A program made the translations under genes and the position numbers. Below, piece by piece: positions 18,219 through 29,148 of a stretch of DNA of 64,000 nucleotides (position 1 is its first letter; the number at the start of each line of letters is the position of its first letter). The notes beneath the pieces were generated by a model. The model worked only from the letters and a program-made list of their open reading frames with translations. It was not told the DNA's origin and did not search any database. The stretch spans positions 47,456-111,455 of the forward strand of contig CALMJU010000083.1 of the NCBI GenBank assembly GCA_937864465.1, written 5' to 3'. This stretch comes from an uncultured Acidobacteriota bacterium (GTDB lineage Bacteria; Acidobacteriota; Polarisedimenticolia; Polarisedimenticolales; JAIQFR01).

Positions 18219-19286
18219 ATGCGTCGGCACTCGATGCTCGGGATCGCGCTCGCCGCGCTCTCGGTCTTCGCCCCGGGGAAGGCGGAGGCCGCCGTACGGA
18301 GCTACCGGATCGAGGTGCCCGACGGCGCCGAGTCGTCGTTCGAGATCGAGATCCGCGCCGAGCATCCCGGCACGATCCTGGTCGCGGCGGAGTGGGCCGG
18401 CCCGCGGATCCTCTCGTTCCGGCTCGAGGGACCCGAGGGGTCCCCGGTGCGAGAGCGCCGGTCCGGCCCGTCGCCGCAGCGCCTTCAGGCCGTGGTCACG
18501 GAGGAGATTCTCGCCGGCGGCGGCCCGTTCCGGCTCGCCATCCGCGCCCCCTCGGGGAGGGGGGCTGCCGAGGGCACCGTGACCGTCGAGATCCCGGACG
18601 CCCCGGAGATCGTCGCGGAGCGGGAGAGGGCGGCGCAGCCCCCGCCCCCGCCGCCGCCGCCCCCGGACCCGTGGACGCTCCCGGCGAAGTCGCCCGCGGG
18701 AGCGACGGACGAGGTCGCGCGGGTCTACGCGACGGCCGAGCGGTTCCGCGCGCTCGCGCTCGACGGACGGGGAGCCTTCGCGTTCGATGCCTGCGCCTAC
18801 CGGAAGGACCTCCTGCGCCGCCTGGCGGAATGGCGGGACGCGGCCTCCGCCGACGCCTCCCCTCTCTCCGACTCCTCCGGCCGCTACTTCCGACGCCTGG
18901 CGGCGATCGGCGAGGAGGTCGAAACGCTCCGGACGACGACGGACCCGCTCCTCGCCGGCCCCGCGCCGACCGACCCGCTCCGGCGCAAGGCCTGGGTCCA
19001 GGTGCGGCAGGAGAGGATCCGCCCCCTCGAGCGGGAGCTGGACGCCCTGGTCGAGACGCTGCGCGGAGGCCACGCCCCCGATCTCGAGGAAGAAGCCTGG
19101 CTGCCCAGGCTCCTGGCGTGCCTCACGGCCTGCGAGCGGCATTTCGACCGGCGGGCCCTGGAGGAGGAGTCCGATGCGTCCCGCGCCGAGCTCGCTGGGG
19201 CCCAGTGGGACTCGATCCTGGCCGCCCTCGAGGCGCTCGATGCGGTCGCGGCGCTTCCCGCGCCGGCACCCGGCACCCTCCCCTGA
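18219..19286 (+). CDS. hypothetical secreted protein with a poly-proline linker
   Basis: Signal peptide MRRHSMLGIALAALSVFAPGKAEA from ATG 18219. A beta-rich N-domain, a P9 run, then a helical C-domain. TATATT at 18169-18174 is a possible -10 box. Confidence 0.6.
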   Translation: MRRHSMLGIALAALSVFAPGKAEAAVRSYRIEVPDGAESSFEIEIRAEHPGTILVAAEWAGPRILSFRLEGPEGSPVRERRSGPSPQRLQAVVTEEILAGGGPFRLAIRAPSGRGAAEGTVTVEIPDAPEIVAERERAAQPPPPPPPPPDPWTLPAKSPAGATDEVARVYATAERFRALALDGRGAFAFDACAYRKDLLRRLAEWRDAASADASPLSDSSGRYFRRLAAIGEEVETLRTTTDPLLAGPAPTDPLRRKAWVQVRQERIRPLERELDALVETLRGGHAPDLEEEAWLPRLLACLTACERHFDRRALEEESDASRAELAGAQWDSILAALEALDAVAALPAPAPGTLP

Positions 19287-19331
19287 CCGGGCGAAGAGCG
19301 CCGCGCCGCCCTCCCGGCGCCGGAGCGGCGG

Positions 19332-19360
19332 TTGACGCCCGCGGGGGGGGAAGGTACGTT
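19332..19360 (+). promoter_or_regulatory. putative sigma70-type promoter (TTGACG-N17-TACGTT) for the DUF362 gene
   Basis: TTGACG at 19332-19337 and TACGTT at 19355-19360. The 17-nt spacer contains a G8 homopolymer (19343-19350). About 90 nt upstream of ATG 19450. Confidence 0.35.
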
Positions 19361-19387
19361 GCGGCGGGAGCGGAGACCGGCCATCGA

Positions 19388-19417
19388 GGAAGCTCGCCCG
19401 CGGGGCCGCGAGCTTCC
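19388..19417 (+). promoter_or_regulatory. 10-bp perfect palindrome / leader stem-loop upstream of the DUF362 gene
   Basis: GGAAGCTCGC (19388-19397), a 10-nt loop, then GCGAGCTTCC (19408-19417). No U-tract follows. Confidence 0.4.
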
Positions 19418-19449
19418 GGGCGAGACGGATCTCCCCCGGAGGTGGCGCG

Positions 19450-20604
<1,155 letters not shown>

Positions 20605-20613
20605 CGCGCGCCC

Positions 20614-21891
20614 TCAGAAGCTCAGCGCGCCGGTCTCCGGGCGGAGCGTCATCGCCTCGTTCTGGTGCAGGAACCCGTCGATGGCGTGCCGGTCCTCCGG
20701 GCCGAACCGCTCGAACTCCACGCCCATCCCTGGAGCGCGCAGGTCGCCGGGCCCCAGCGGGGAGCACGGGGGAACCGTCCGCACGACCCGGCCGATGACG
20801 TGCACGTTCCCGTCGGCGGTGGGGAGCGGGAACGACAGCGCGCACCGCATTCCGATCTCGATCGGGACGGGAGTCTCCACGAACACTCCGCTCGGGGACA
20901 GGTCTCGCGTGAAGCCGACGAGGAGGGGCTTGGGCCCGTCGAAGTACACCGGCGCGCGCAGCGGAACCCGCGGTCTGCGGAGATAGCACCACACACGGTT
21001 CCGGCCGAGCGCCCGGGCCTCGCCGAGCGCCTCGCGCGCTCGGGCGAGCAGGTCGAGGCCGTCCTCCGCGTCCGCGGGAAACGACGCGGCGCCCAGGCTC
21101 AGCGTCACCCGCACCGAGGATTCCGCGCGGCGGGTCCCGAGGAAGTGGAAGCGCTCCACCGTGGAGCGCAGCCGCGCCGCGAACTGCCTGGCCTCCCCCC
21201 GCCCCGCGTCGGGGAGGAGGATCGCGAAGCCGTCGTCGCCGAGGCGAGAGAGCCTCCGGTCGTCGTCCACGCTCGCCCGGAGGATCCCGGCGAGCCTCAG
21301 GATCACTTCGTCGCCCGCCGGACGCCCGAAGCGGTCGTTGACCCGGCGCAGGTGGTCCACGTCCGCGAGGACGACGGCGAGCGGTCTCGCCGCGCGCGCG
21401 GCGTCCTCCACCGCCTCGTCCAGGAGCGTCCCGAACGACGCGCGATCGAGGAGCCCCGTCATCTCGTCCCGCCCGCCGACGACGACCGACTCCCCGGGCG
21501 CTCCGGAGAGGGTCAGCACGCGCAGCACCGTCACCGTCATCCGGCGGCCCGAGCCCGGAAGCCGCGTGACCTGGACCTCGACGTCCACCCAGCGGCCGTC
21601 GCGGCAACCGAGGCGCGTCTCGAGTCGCGAAGGGACCTCGCCGGAGGCGTCGGCGCCCCCGGCCGGCGGCGCCGAGAGCAGCGCCAGGATGCGGTCGTCG
21701 CCCGCCGCCCCGCCGAGCACAGGAGGGCGCGTGCGGCCGACGACCTCGACGGCCGGCCAGCCGGTCAACGCCTCCATCCCCTCGTCGAAGCCGAGAACGG
21801 TCCCGCTCTCGTCGACGAGGAACGACCCGTTCCCCGCCGCTCGCGGCCTTCTTCCGCCCCCGTTGCCGTGGCTTCCCCCCGTGGTCGTCAT
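20614..21891 (-). CDS. PAS - degenerate GGDEF - PilZ signalling protein
   Basis: PAS-like N-terminus (FLVDESGTVLGFDEGMEALTGWPAVEVVG). GGDEF fold (DEMTGLLDRASF, LADVDHLRRVNDRFG) whose signature reads GDDGF instead of GG[DE]EF. C-terminal PilZ with RVPLR and DLSPSG. ATG 21891 is preceded by GGGAGGG. Confidence 0.85.
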   Translation of the reverse strand: MTTTGGSHGNGGGRRPRAAGNGSFLVDESGTVLGFDEGMEALTGWPAVEVVGRTRPPVLGGAAGDDRILALLSAPPAGGADASGEVPSRLETRLGCRDGRWVDVEVQVTRLPGSGRRMTVTVLRVLTLSGAPGESVVVGGRDEMTGLLDRASFGTLLDEAVEDAARAARPLAVVLADVDHLRRVNDRFGRPAGDEVILRLAGILRASVDDDRRLSRLGDDGFAILLPDAGRGEARQFAARLRSTVERFHFLGTRRAESSVRVTLSLGAASFPADAEDGLDLLARAREALGEARALGRNRVWCYLRRPRVPLRAPVYFDGPKPLLVGFTRDLSPSGVFVETPVPIEIGMRCALSFPLPTADGNVHVIGRVVRTVPPCSPLGPGDLRAPGMGVEFERFGPEDRHAIDGFLHQNEAMTLRPETGALSF

Positions 21892-21988
21892 GACGATTCC
21901 CTCCCGTCGTGGCGGAAACTTAGTGCCCGCGGGCGCCGAGGGCAACCGGTGGACACGGGAGTGCGTTCGGTATCAGAATCGCGCTCCC

Positions 21989-24019
21989 ATGCGAATCGCG
22001 AGCGTGGCCGGGTGGACCGCTCTCTCGCTGCTGGGGGCGCTGTCCCTCTCCGTGGTCGCCCTCGAGCGCGGGGAGCCGATCTCCGCTTCCTGGATCGTCC
22101 TTGCGGCCTTCTGCACCTTCGTGATCGCCTACCGCTTCTACTCCCGGTTCCTCGCGGCCCGGGTGCTTGCGCTCGACGACGCGAGGGTCACGCCCGCGGT
22201 GCGCCGCAACGACGGGCGCGACTTCGTTCCGACGAACCGCTGGGTCGTCTTCGGCCATCACTTCGCCGCGATCGCGGGCCCGGGTCCCCTCGTGGGCCCG
22301 ACGCTCGCCGCGCAGTTCGGCTACCTTCCCGGCACGATCTGGATCCTGGCGGGAGTGGTCCTGGCCGGGGCGGTCCAGGACTTCGTGATCCTCGCGGCGA
22401 GCCTCAGGCGCGACGGCAGGTCGCTCGCGAAGATGGCGCACGACTACCTCGGGCGTTTCGGGGCGGTGGCGGGAACGCTCGGCATCCTCCTCATCATGGT
22501 GATCCTGATCGCCGTGCTCGGCCTGGTCGTGGTCAACGCGCTGGCGGAGAGCCCCTGGGGCGTGTTCACGGTGGGGGCGACCATCCCGATCGCGCTCCTG
22601 ATGGGAGTCGTCATGCGAAGGGGCGGGGGGCGGCAGGTGGCGCTCGCCACGGGAATCGGCCTCGCGCTCCTTCTCCTGGCGCTGGTGGGAGGCCGGGCCG
22701 TCTCGCAGCACGAGGGCCTGGGGCCGATCTTCACCCTCGGGAAGGAGCCGCTCGCATGGGCGGTGATCCTTTACGGTCTCGCCGCGTCGATCCTCCCCGT
22801 GTGGCTGCTCCTCGCGCCGCGCGATTACCTGTCGACCTTCGTGAAGCTCGGCACCGTGGGGCTCCTGGCGATGGGGATCCTCGCGGTCCGTCCGGACCTC
22901 CACATGCCCGCGCTGACGCGGTTCGTGAACGGCTCGGGCCCGGTCTTCGGCGGGAAGGTCTTCCCCTTCTGCTTCATCACGATCGCGTGCGGCGCGATCT
23001 CGGGGTTCCATGCGCTGATCTCGAGCGGCACGACGCCGAAGCTCCTCTCGCGCGAGACGGACGCCCGGATGATCGGTTACGGCGCCATGCTCCTCGAGGC
23101 CGTCGTCGCGATCCTGGCGCTCGTCGCCGCGGCATCGCTCCCGCCGGGCCAGTACTTCGCCATCAACTCGCGGCACAGCGTGGAGTGGATCCAGGAGCAG
23201 GGATTCCCTGTGACCTCGGGCGAGATGCAGGAGCTCGCCGATCGCGTCGGGGAGAAGTCCGTGCAGGGCCGCGTGGGAGGGGCTCCCTGCCTCGCGGTGG
23301 GGATGGCGGAGATCTTCCGGAGATTCCTGGGAGGCGATCGGTTCGCCGGCCTCTGGTACCACTTCGCGATCATGTTCGAGGCGCTGTTCATCCTGACGAC
23401 CCTCGATGCGGGGACGCGCGTCGGCCGCTACCTGCTGCAGGACGCGGTGGTGCGCGCCGTGCCGCGGCTCGCGGGGTCGGGGTGGAGCGCGACCGTCGTC
23501 ACGAGCTCGGTGTTCGTCGCGGCCTGGGGCTACTTCCTGTACGCCGGCGTCCTCGACCCGCAGGGGGGCGTCTGGATCCTGTGGCCGCTGTTCGGCATCG
23601 CGAACCAGCTTCTCGCCGCGACCGCCCTCACGATCGCGGCGACGATCTTCTTCCGGACCGGCAGGGCCCGCTACGCCTGGGTCCCGATCCTGCCGCTCAC
23701 CTTCGTCCTGGCGACGACCTTCACGGCGGGCTTCCGGAAGATCCTCGATCCGGATCCGCGAGTCGGGTTCCTGGCGCAGGCGTCCGCTGCCGGGGCGGAA
23801 ACGATCGAAGCCTGGAACGCCCGGATCGACGCGGGGATGACCGCCCTGTTCCTCCTCCTGGTCACCGTCGTCGTGCTGTCGGCCTCCCGCCAGTGGGTCC
23901 TCGCCCTCCGCGGGAGGATCCCGACCGAGGCCGAGGGAGGGGGCCCGCCGGCCTCCGGCCCCGGAGGCCGTGTGTTCGGAGAGGTGCCCCCGGTCGGGGG
24001 GAAGCACCGCTGCTGCTGA
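21989..24019 (+). CDS. cstA: carbon starvation protein A (peptide/pyruvate transporter family)
   Basis: AYRFYSRF, NRWVVFGHHFAAIAGPGPLVGP, HALISSGTTPK and WPLFGIANQLLA motifs, about 16 TM helices, 676 aa. CAGAAT lies 9 nt upstream of the ATG. Confidence 0.92.
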   Translation: MRIASVAGWTALSLLGALSLSVVALERGEPISASWIVLAAFCTFVIAYRFYSRFLAARVLALDDARVTPAVRRNDGRDFVPTNRWVVFGHHFAAIAGPGPLVGPTLAAQFGYLPGTIWILAGVVLAGAVQDFVILAASLRRDGRSLAKMAHDYLGRFGAVAGTLGILLIMVILIAVLGLVVVNALAESPWGVFTVGATIPIALLMGVVMRRGGGRQVALATGIGLALLLLALVGGRAVSQHEGLGPIFTLGKEPLAWAVILYGLAASILPVWLLLAPRDYLSTFVKLGTVGLLAMGILAVRPDLHMPALTRFVNGSGPVFGGKVFPFCFITIACGAISGFHALISSGTTPKLLSRETDARMIGYGAMLLEAVVAILALVAAASLPPGQYFAINSRHSVEWIQEQGFPVTSGEMQELADRVGEKSVQGRVGGAPCLAVGMAEIFRRFLGGDRFAGLWYHFAIMFEALFILTTLDAGTRVGRYLLQDAVVRAVPRLAGSGWSATVVTSSVFVAAWGYFLYAGVLDPQGGVWILWPLFGIANQLLAATALTIAATIFFRTGRARYAWVPILPLTFVLATTFTAGFRKILDPDPRVGFLAQASAAGAETIEAWNARIDAGMTALFLLLVTVVVLSASRQWVLALRGRIPTEAEGGGPPASGPGGRVFGEVPPVGGKHRCC

Positions 24020-24061
24020 GAGAGGAAGAGCCCGACCGCTCGCGTTCCCCCGGAGGTCGAC

Positions 24062-25261
24062 ATGCCGATCGGCGATCCGCTGGTGGCCGAGAAGCTCGAT
24101 CAGGTCCCCTCGATCCTGAAGGAGACCGGCTTCGACGCGTGGCTCCTGTTCGCGAGGGAGAGCCACACCGTCCACGACCCTTCTTTCGACCTCGTCGTCG
24201 GGACCAACGTGACCTGGCAGTCGGCGTTCCTCCTCACGGCGGGCGCGGAGCGGATCGCGATCGTCGGGAGCCTCGACAAGGCCAACCTGGAATCGCACGG
24301 GCATTACGGGGAGATCGTCCCCTACGTGGGCGGCATCACGGACAGCCTCCGGCGCGTCCTCGCCCGGATCGACCCGAAGCGGATCGCCGTCAACTGGTCC
24401 GTCGACGACGTCATGGCGGACGGGCTGACCCACGGGATGTACCTGACGCTGGCGCGCGCCCTCGAGGGGACCCCGTGGGCCTCGCGCCTCGACTCGTCGG
24501 CGTCGATCGTCTCCGCGCTCCGCGGACGGAAGTCCCCCACCGAGAGGGCCCGCATCGCGGCGGCGTGCGAGGCGACGGTCGCCATCTTCGAGCGCCTGAC
24601 GGCGCGACTTCGCGCCGGTCTGACCGAGAAGCAGGTCGCCTCGATGATCCGGGAGGAGATGGATCGGATCGGCGGGCTCGAGCCGGCCTGGGACGAGGAG
24701 CACTGCCCCGCGGTCTTCACCGGGCCGGAGTCGGCCGGCGCCCACGCCGGCCCCACGGACCGGCCGATCGAGCCCGGCCACGTGATGAACGTGGACTTCG
24801 GCGTGCGCAAGGAAGGCTTCTGCTCCGATCTCCAGCGGACCTGGTACTTCCTTCGCCCGGGCGAGACGCAGGCTCCGGAGAGCGTGCGGCGCGGATTCGA
24901 TACGATCGTGCGGTCGATCCGCGAGGCCGCGCGGGAGCTCCGCCCCGGCCGGAAGGGAGGGGACATCGACGGCGTCGCGCGCGGGTACATCACGTCGCGC
25001 GGCTACCCGGAATATCCGCACGCTCTCGGTCACCAGATCGGACGGACGGCCCACGACGGGGCGGGGCTGCTCTGCCCCCGCTGGGAGCGCTACGGAGGCC
25101 TCCCGGACCTCCTCGTGGAGGCGGGACAGTGCTACACGCTCGAGCCGAGGCTTCCGATCGAGGAGCACGGGATCGCGACGTGCGAGGAGATCGTCGCGGT
25201 CCACGAGACCGGTTGCTCGTTCCTCTCCCGTCCGCAGGACGAGCTCTATCTCGTGCGCTGA
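24062..25261 (+). CDS. M24 family metallopeptidase (Xaa-Pro aminopeptidase/creatinase fold)
   Basis: Pita-bread fold residues: HVMNVDFG, CSDLQRT, HALGHQIG, YTLEP, EEIV. N-terminal creatinase/prolidase-like domain. Confidence 0.85.
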   Translation: MPIGDPLVAEKLDQVPSILKETGFDAWLLFARESHTVHDPSFDLVVGTNVTWQSAFLLTAGAERIAIVGSLDKANLESHGHYGEIVPYVGGITDSLRRVLARIDPKRIAVNWSVDDVMADGLTHGMYLTLARALEGTPWASRLDSSASIVSALRGRKSPTERARIAAACEATVAIFERLTARLRAGLTEKQVASMIREEMDRIGGLEPAWDEEHCPAVFTGPESAGAHAGPTDRPIEPGHVMNVDFGVRKEGFCSDLQRTWYFLRPGETQAPESVRRGFDTIVRSIREAARELRPGRKGGDIDGVARGYITSRGYPEYPHALGHQIGRTAHDGAGLLCPRWERYGGLPDLLVEAGQCYTLEPRLPIEEHGIATCEEIVAVHETGCSFLSRPQDELYLVR

Positions 25262-25285
25262 CGGGGGACGGCCGCCCCGGCGATC

Positions 25286-25960
25286 TCAGGACGGAAAGAC
25301 GAGCATCGCCACCCCGGAATGCACGCGGAGGCGGAGCGACGATCCGGTGACGTTGCTCAGGCCGAGCGAGCCCGGCCGGACCCGCCTCCCCCGCAGCCTC
25401 CACCGCGCCCCGGAGAGCGTGACCGTCGCCCCGCCCCCCAGCGCGAACAGGGAGAAGGGCCGTCCGCGGACGGTGACGGCGCGGCAGCCCCGGGCCGTCA
25501 CGACGACCGTCCCGCGGTCGGTCGGGATCAGAGCGCCGGAGAACCACCGCGCCCGGGCCGCGATCTCCATCAGGTTCGACCACTCGTGGTCGAGCCGGCC
25601 GCCGAGAAGCCCCGCGACGACGACCGTCGATACCTTCCGCGAGCGGACCTCGCGCAGGGCCCCTCCGAGGTCGGAGAACTCCTTGTCCCTGGGGAGGATC
25701 ACCGCCGGGATCCCCCGCGGTGCCCGACCGACCGAATCGAGATCCCCCACGAAGACGTCGGGGGAAAGGCCCTCCGCGCGGCAGGTGCTCCATCCGCCGT
25801 CCACGGCGACCAGGAGGCATCTCCGGGCGAGCGCCCCCGCGAGAGCGCAGGCCCGCCGCAGCTCGGCCCGCCGCGCGCCCTCGAGAACCAGCACGGCGCC
25901 GCGAGCGTCTCGCGGCGCCCCCACGAAACGGATCCGGGATCGCTCCACGGCCTCGACCAC
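25286..25960 (-). CDS. thiamine pyrophosphokinase
   Basis: VAVDGG, GDLDS, DKEFSDL and GGRLDH motifs, plus the C-terminal thiamine-binding beta domain. Confidence 0.75.
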   Translation of the reverse strand: MVEAVERSRIRFVGAPRDARGAVLVLEGARRAELRRACALAGALARRCLLVAVDGGWSTCRAEGLSPDVFVGDLDSVGRAPRGIPAVILPRDKEFSDLGGALREVRSRKVSTVVVAGLLGGRLDHEWSNLMEIAARARWFSGALIPTDRGTVVVTARGCRAVTVRGRPFSLFALGGGATVTLSGARWRLRGRRVRPGSLGLSNVTGSSLRLRVHSGVAMLVFPS

Positions 25961-26080
25961 GCCCCCCGGCCGCTGCAGCCGCGCCGGAAAGCTCTTTGAT
26001 ACCTCTTGGCGGCGTCTCAGGCAAGAGGGTCGAGAAGGATTCCGCGAGCCTCGGGCCCGAGGCGCCGCCTCCCGGACCCC

Positions 26081-26119
26081 GAAAAAACGAAGGCCCCGGG
26101 GGGCGCTCCCCCCGGGGCC
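26081..26119 (-). terminator. rho-independent terminator of cspA
   Basis: On the minus strand: GGCCCCGGGGGG, loop agcg, CCCCCCGGGGCC (a 12-bp perfect stem, 26092-26119), followed by TTCGTTTTTTC (plus-strand A6 at 26082-26087). Lies 27 nt after the cspA stop. Confidence 0.85.
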
Positions 26120-26145
26120 CGGGTCGTCGACCGGATCGCGCGCCG

Positions 26146-26352
26146 CTACGCCATCACCGGCATGACGTTGTCGGCCTGCGGCCCCTTCGGGCCCTCCTTG
26201 ATCTCGAACTCGACTTCCTGGCCTTCATCGAGGGTCCGGTAGCCCTCGGCTCGAATGGCGGAGTAGTGGACGAAAACGTCCGGACCATCCTCACGGGCGA
26301 TGAAGCCGTAGCCCTTCGTGTTGTTGAACCACTTCACCTTTCCTCTTGCCAC
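26146..26352 (-). CDS. cspA: cold-shock protein (CspA family)
   Basis: [15 protein letters not shown] (RNP1) and VFVHYSAI (RNP2). 68 aa. GTG start at 26352 with AAGGAGG 8 nt upstream. Confidence 0.93.
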   Translation of the reverse strand: MARGKVKWFNNTKGYGFIAREDGPDVFVHYSAIRAEGYRTLDEGQEVEFEIKEGPKGPQADNVMPVMA

Positions 26353-26437
26353 GATCGAAACCTCCTTGCTAGGACACCCTCGTCGGGGCGCGGAACTCCC
26401 GGCGCCCCGGGCGCGCCGCTCGAGAAGCCCGCTCTCG

Positions 26438-26477
26438 CGAAAAGAGCCACCGGGAATTTCGTGCGCTCCCCGGTGGC
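26438..26477 (-). terminator. rho-independent terminator of lon
   Basis: On the minus strand: GCCACCGGG, a 14-nt loop, CCCGGTGGC, then TCTTTTCG. Lies about 46 nt after the lon stop. Confidence 0.65.
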
Positions 26478-26522
26478 CCCTGCGCCTGTCGCGGACCCCT
26501 TCTGCGACGAACCATGGACATT

Positions 26523-28997
26523 TTAGATCCGAATCGAGGAAACGGCAAGGGCCCGCCCCCCGGCGTCGGACGTCGAGGTCGCGGCCGCGTCGCCCTCCGA
26601 CTCCTCCTCGGCCGAGCCCTCCTCCTCGCGCCGGGCCGCCGAGGCCTCCGCCAGCGGGGACCGGCTCCGGAGAGCGGGGCCGAAGGTCAGGTCGAGCACC
26701 TCGTCGATCTCCGCGACGAAGCGGAACTCCAGAGCCTGCCGGACCGGCTCCGCCACGTCTTCGAGGTCCTTCTCGTTCTTGTCGGGGAGCAGCACGCGCC
26801 GGATACCGGCCGACTTCGCGGCGATCACCTTCTCCTTGATCCCGCCGACGGGGAGCACCTTGCCCCGCAGGGTGATCTCCCCCGTCATCGCCAGGTCGGT
26901 CGGAACGGGAAGGCCGGTGAGGAGCGACACGAGCGAGACCGTGAGGGTCACGCCGGCCGACGGCCCGTCCTTCGGAATCGCCCCCGCCGGAACGTGGATG
27001 TGGAAGTCGCTCCGGTCGAAGACCTCCTCGTCGAGCCGCAGGGCGACGGCGTTGCTCCGGATCCAGGAGAGGGCGGCGAGCGCCGATTCCCGCATGACGT
27101 CCCCGAGCCGCCCCGTGATCGTCACCTTCCCCTTGCCGCGCATCCGGGTCGACTCGACGAACAGGATCTCCCCGCCGACCTGCGTCCACGCGAGGCCGAC
27201 GGCCACGCCGCTCCGGTCGGACCGCTCCGCGATCTCCCGAAAGAAGCGAACCGGGCCGAGAAGATCCGCCACGCTCCCCGCGGTCGCGACGAACCTGTCG
27301 CGATTCCCCTCCACGACGCGCCGCGCCACCTTCCGGCAGATGTTCGCCACCTCGCGGTCCAGGTTGCGGACGCCCGCTTCCCGCGTGTAGCTGTTGACGA
27401 GCGTCCGGACGGCGTCGTCCCCGATCTCGATGTGATCCGTCGTCAGGCCGTGCTCCTCGAGCTGCCTGGGAACGAGGTGGCCGCGCGCGATCTCGACCTT
27501 CTCCTCCTCGGTGTATCCCGGGAGCCGCAGCACCTCCATTCGGTCGCGTAGCGCGGGCGGGATCGTGTCGAGCACGTTCGCCGTCGTGATGAAGAAGACC
27601 TTGCTCAGGTCGAAGGGGACCTCGAGGTAGTGGTCGGAGAACGCGTTGTTCTGCTCCGGATCGAGGACCTCGAGGAGCGCGGAGGAAGGGTCGCCGCGGA
27701 AATCGGCGCCCACCTTGTCGATCTCGTCGAGCATGAACACCGGGTTCCGGGTGCCCGCCCTCTTGATCCCCTGCACGATCCGCCCCGGAAGCGACCCGAT
27801 GTAGGTGCGCCGGTGCCCCCGGATCTCGGCCTCGTCCCGGATGCCCCCCAGGGAGATACGGATGAACTTCCTCCCCATGGCGCGGGCGATCGACTTCCCG
27901 AGCGACGTCTTGCCGACTCCGGGCGGCCCCGAGAAGCAGAGGATCGGCCCCTTCAGGTCCTTCTTCAGGGCCCGAACCGCGAGGTACTCGAGGATTCGGT
28001 CCTTGATCTTCTCGAGATCGTAATGGTCCTCGTCGAGGATCCTCTTCGCCTCGACGACGTCCAGCTTGTCCTCCGTCTCGACCGACCACGGGAGCGAGAC
28101 GAGCCAGTCGAGGTAGGTCCGAGAGACCGTGTACTCCGCCGCCTGCGGAGGCATCTTCGAGAGGCGCTCGAGCTCCTTCTCGGCGGCCTTCCGCGGCTCC
28201 TCCGGCATGCCGGCGGCCTCGATCTTCCTGCGGAGCTCCTCGATCTCGGCGGTCCGCTCGTCTTCCTCTCCAAGCTCCTTCTGGATCGCCTTCATCTGCT
28301 CGCGGAGGTAGTACTGCTTCTGGGTCTTCCCGACCTCGTCCGCCACCTGCGACTGGATCCGGCTGCTGATCTCCTGGAGCTCGAGCTCGCGGGTGACGAT
28401 CTCGACCAGCTTCTGGATCCGGTCGCGCACGTTGCTCCGCTCGAGGAGGCCGATCTTCTCCTCGACCGAGATGTTGAGCACCGACGCGGCGAGATCGCTC
28501 AGCCGGGCGGGATCCGTGGCGCCTGCCGACAGGACCATCTCTCCCAGGTCGTTCGAGATGGTCGGGGAGGTCTGGACCAGCTGCTGGAACTGGTTCATCA
28601 GGCTCCGCACGAGAGCGTCGAACTCGACCCCGGGCTCGGGGACGTCGTCGATGGCGACGACGGACGCCTTCATGAACGGCTCGGTCGCGACGAACCTATC
28701 GACCCGGAGCCGGCGGATCCCCTGGATGATCAGGTTGACGCTGTTCCCGTCGAGCCGGACGATCTTCAGGATCCTCGCCGCCGATCCCATCCGGTACATG
28801 GCCGAAGGATCCGGATCGTCGTCCGCGGGGTTGCGCTGCGAGACGACGCCGATGATCTTCCCCTCGCGGGCCACGTCGTCGAGGAGGTTCAGCGTCTTCC
28901 TCCGCCCGACCGAGATCGGCATGATCGCGTGCGGAAAGAGGACGCTGTTGCGGAGCGGAAGCACTCCGATCTCGGTCGGGATCACGATTCCTTCCAT
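26523..28997 (-). CDS. lon: ATP-dependent protease La
   Basis: LON N-domain ([11 protein letters not shown]), AAA+ Walker [10 protein letters not shown], Walker B FMLDEIDK, protease domain PKDGPSAG with catalytic Ser. 824 aa. Confidence 0.95.
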   Translation of the reverse strand: MEGIVIPTEIGVLPLRNSVLFPHAIMPISVGRRKTLNLLDDVAREGKIIGVVSQRNPADDDPDPSAMYRMGSAARILKIVRLDGNSVNLIIQGIRRLRVDRFVATEPFMKASVVAIDDVPEPGVEFDALVRSLMNQFQQLVQTSPTISNDLGEMVLSAGATDPARLSDLAASVLNISVEEKIGLLERSNVRDRIQKLVEIVTRELELQEISSRIQSQVADEVGKTQKQYYLREQMKAIQKELGEEDERTAEIEELRRKIEAAGMPEEPRKAAEKELERLSKMPPQAAEYTVSRTYLDWLVSLPWSVETEDKLDVVEAKRILDEDHYDLEKIKDRILEYLAVRALKKDLKGPILCFSGPPGVGKTSLGKSIARAMGRKFIRISLGGIRDEAEIRGHRRTYIGSLPGRIVQGIKRAGTRNPVFMLDEIDKVGADFRGDPSSALLEVLDPEQNNAFSDHYLEVPFDLSKVFFITTANVLDTIPPALRDRMEVLRLPGYTEEEKVEIARGHLVPRQLEEHGLTTDHIEIGDDAVRTLVNSYTREAGVRNLDREVANICRKVARRVVEGNRDRFVATAGSVADLLGPVRFFREIAERSDRSGVAVGLAWTQVGGEILFVESTRMRGKGKVTITGRLGDVMRESALAALSWIRSNAVALRLDEEVFDRSDFHIHVPAGAIPKDGPSAGVTLTVSLVSLLTGLPVPTDLAMTGEITLRGKVLPVGGIKEKVIAAKSAGIRRVLLPDKNEKDLEDVAEPVRQALEFRFVAEIDEVLDLTFGPALRSRSPLAEASAARREEEGSAEEESEGDAAATSTSDAGGRALAVSSIRI

Positions 28998-29044
28998 CGC
29001 TTTTGCGCCTCTTGCCGTGCCGGGATCGTCCGGGGCCCGGTACG

Positions 29045-29074
29045 TATTCTCGGTCCCGCGCGGCGTCGCTGCAA
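29045..29074 (-). promoter_or_regulatory. possible lon promoter (TTGCAG-N18-AGAATA on the minus strand)
   Basis: Plus-strand ctgcaa at 29069-29074 and tattct at 29045-29050, about 48 nt upstream of ATG 28997. No CIRCE or HAIR operator seen. Confidence 0.25.
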
Positions 29075-29148
29075 CCCTCGACCGAGCGCACCGGCGCCCC
29101 GCAGTCCCGGCCTTCGGCCGTTCCGGCGGGGCGCCTCGAGGGAGCCGC

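Noticed and set aside
20665-25350. 1561-aa plus-strand ORF and the 1094-aa minus-strand ORF at 21920-25204.
   Set aside because: Both overlap the motif-rich GGDEF-PilZ, cstA and M24 peptidase genes in other frames. They have no recognisable domains and a strongly Arg/Pro/Gly-biased composition.
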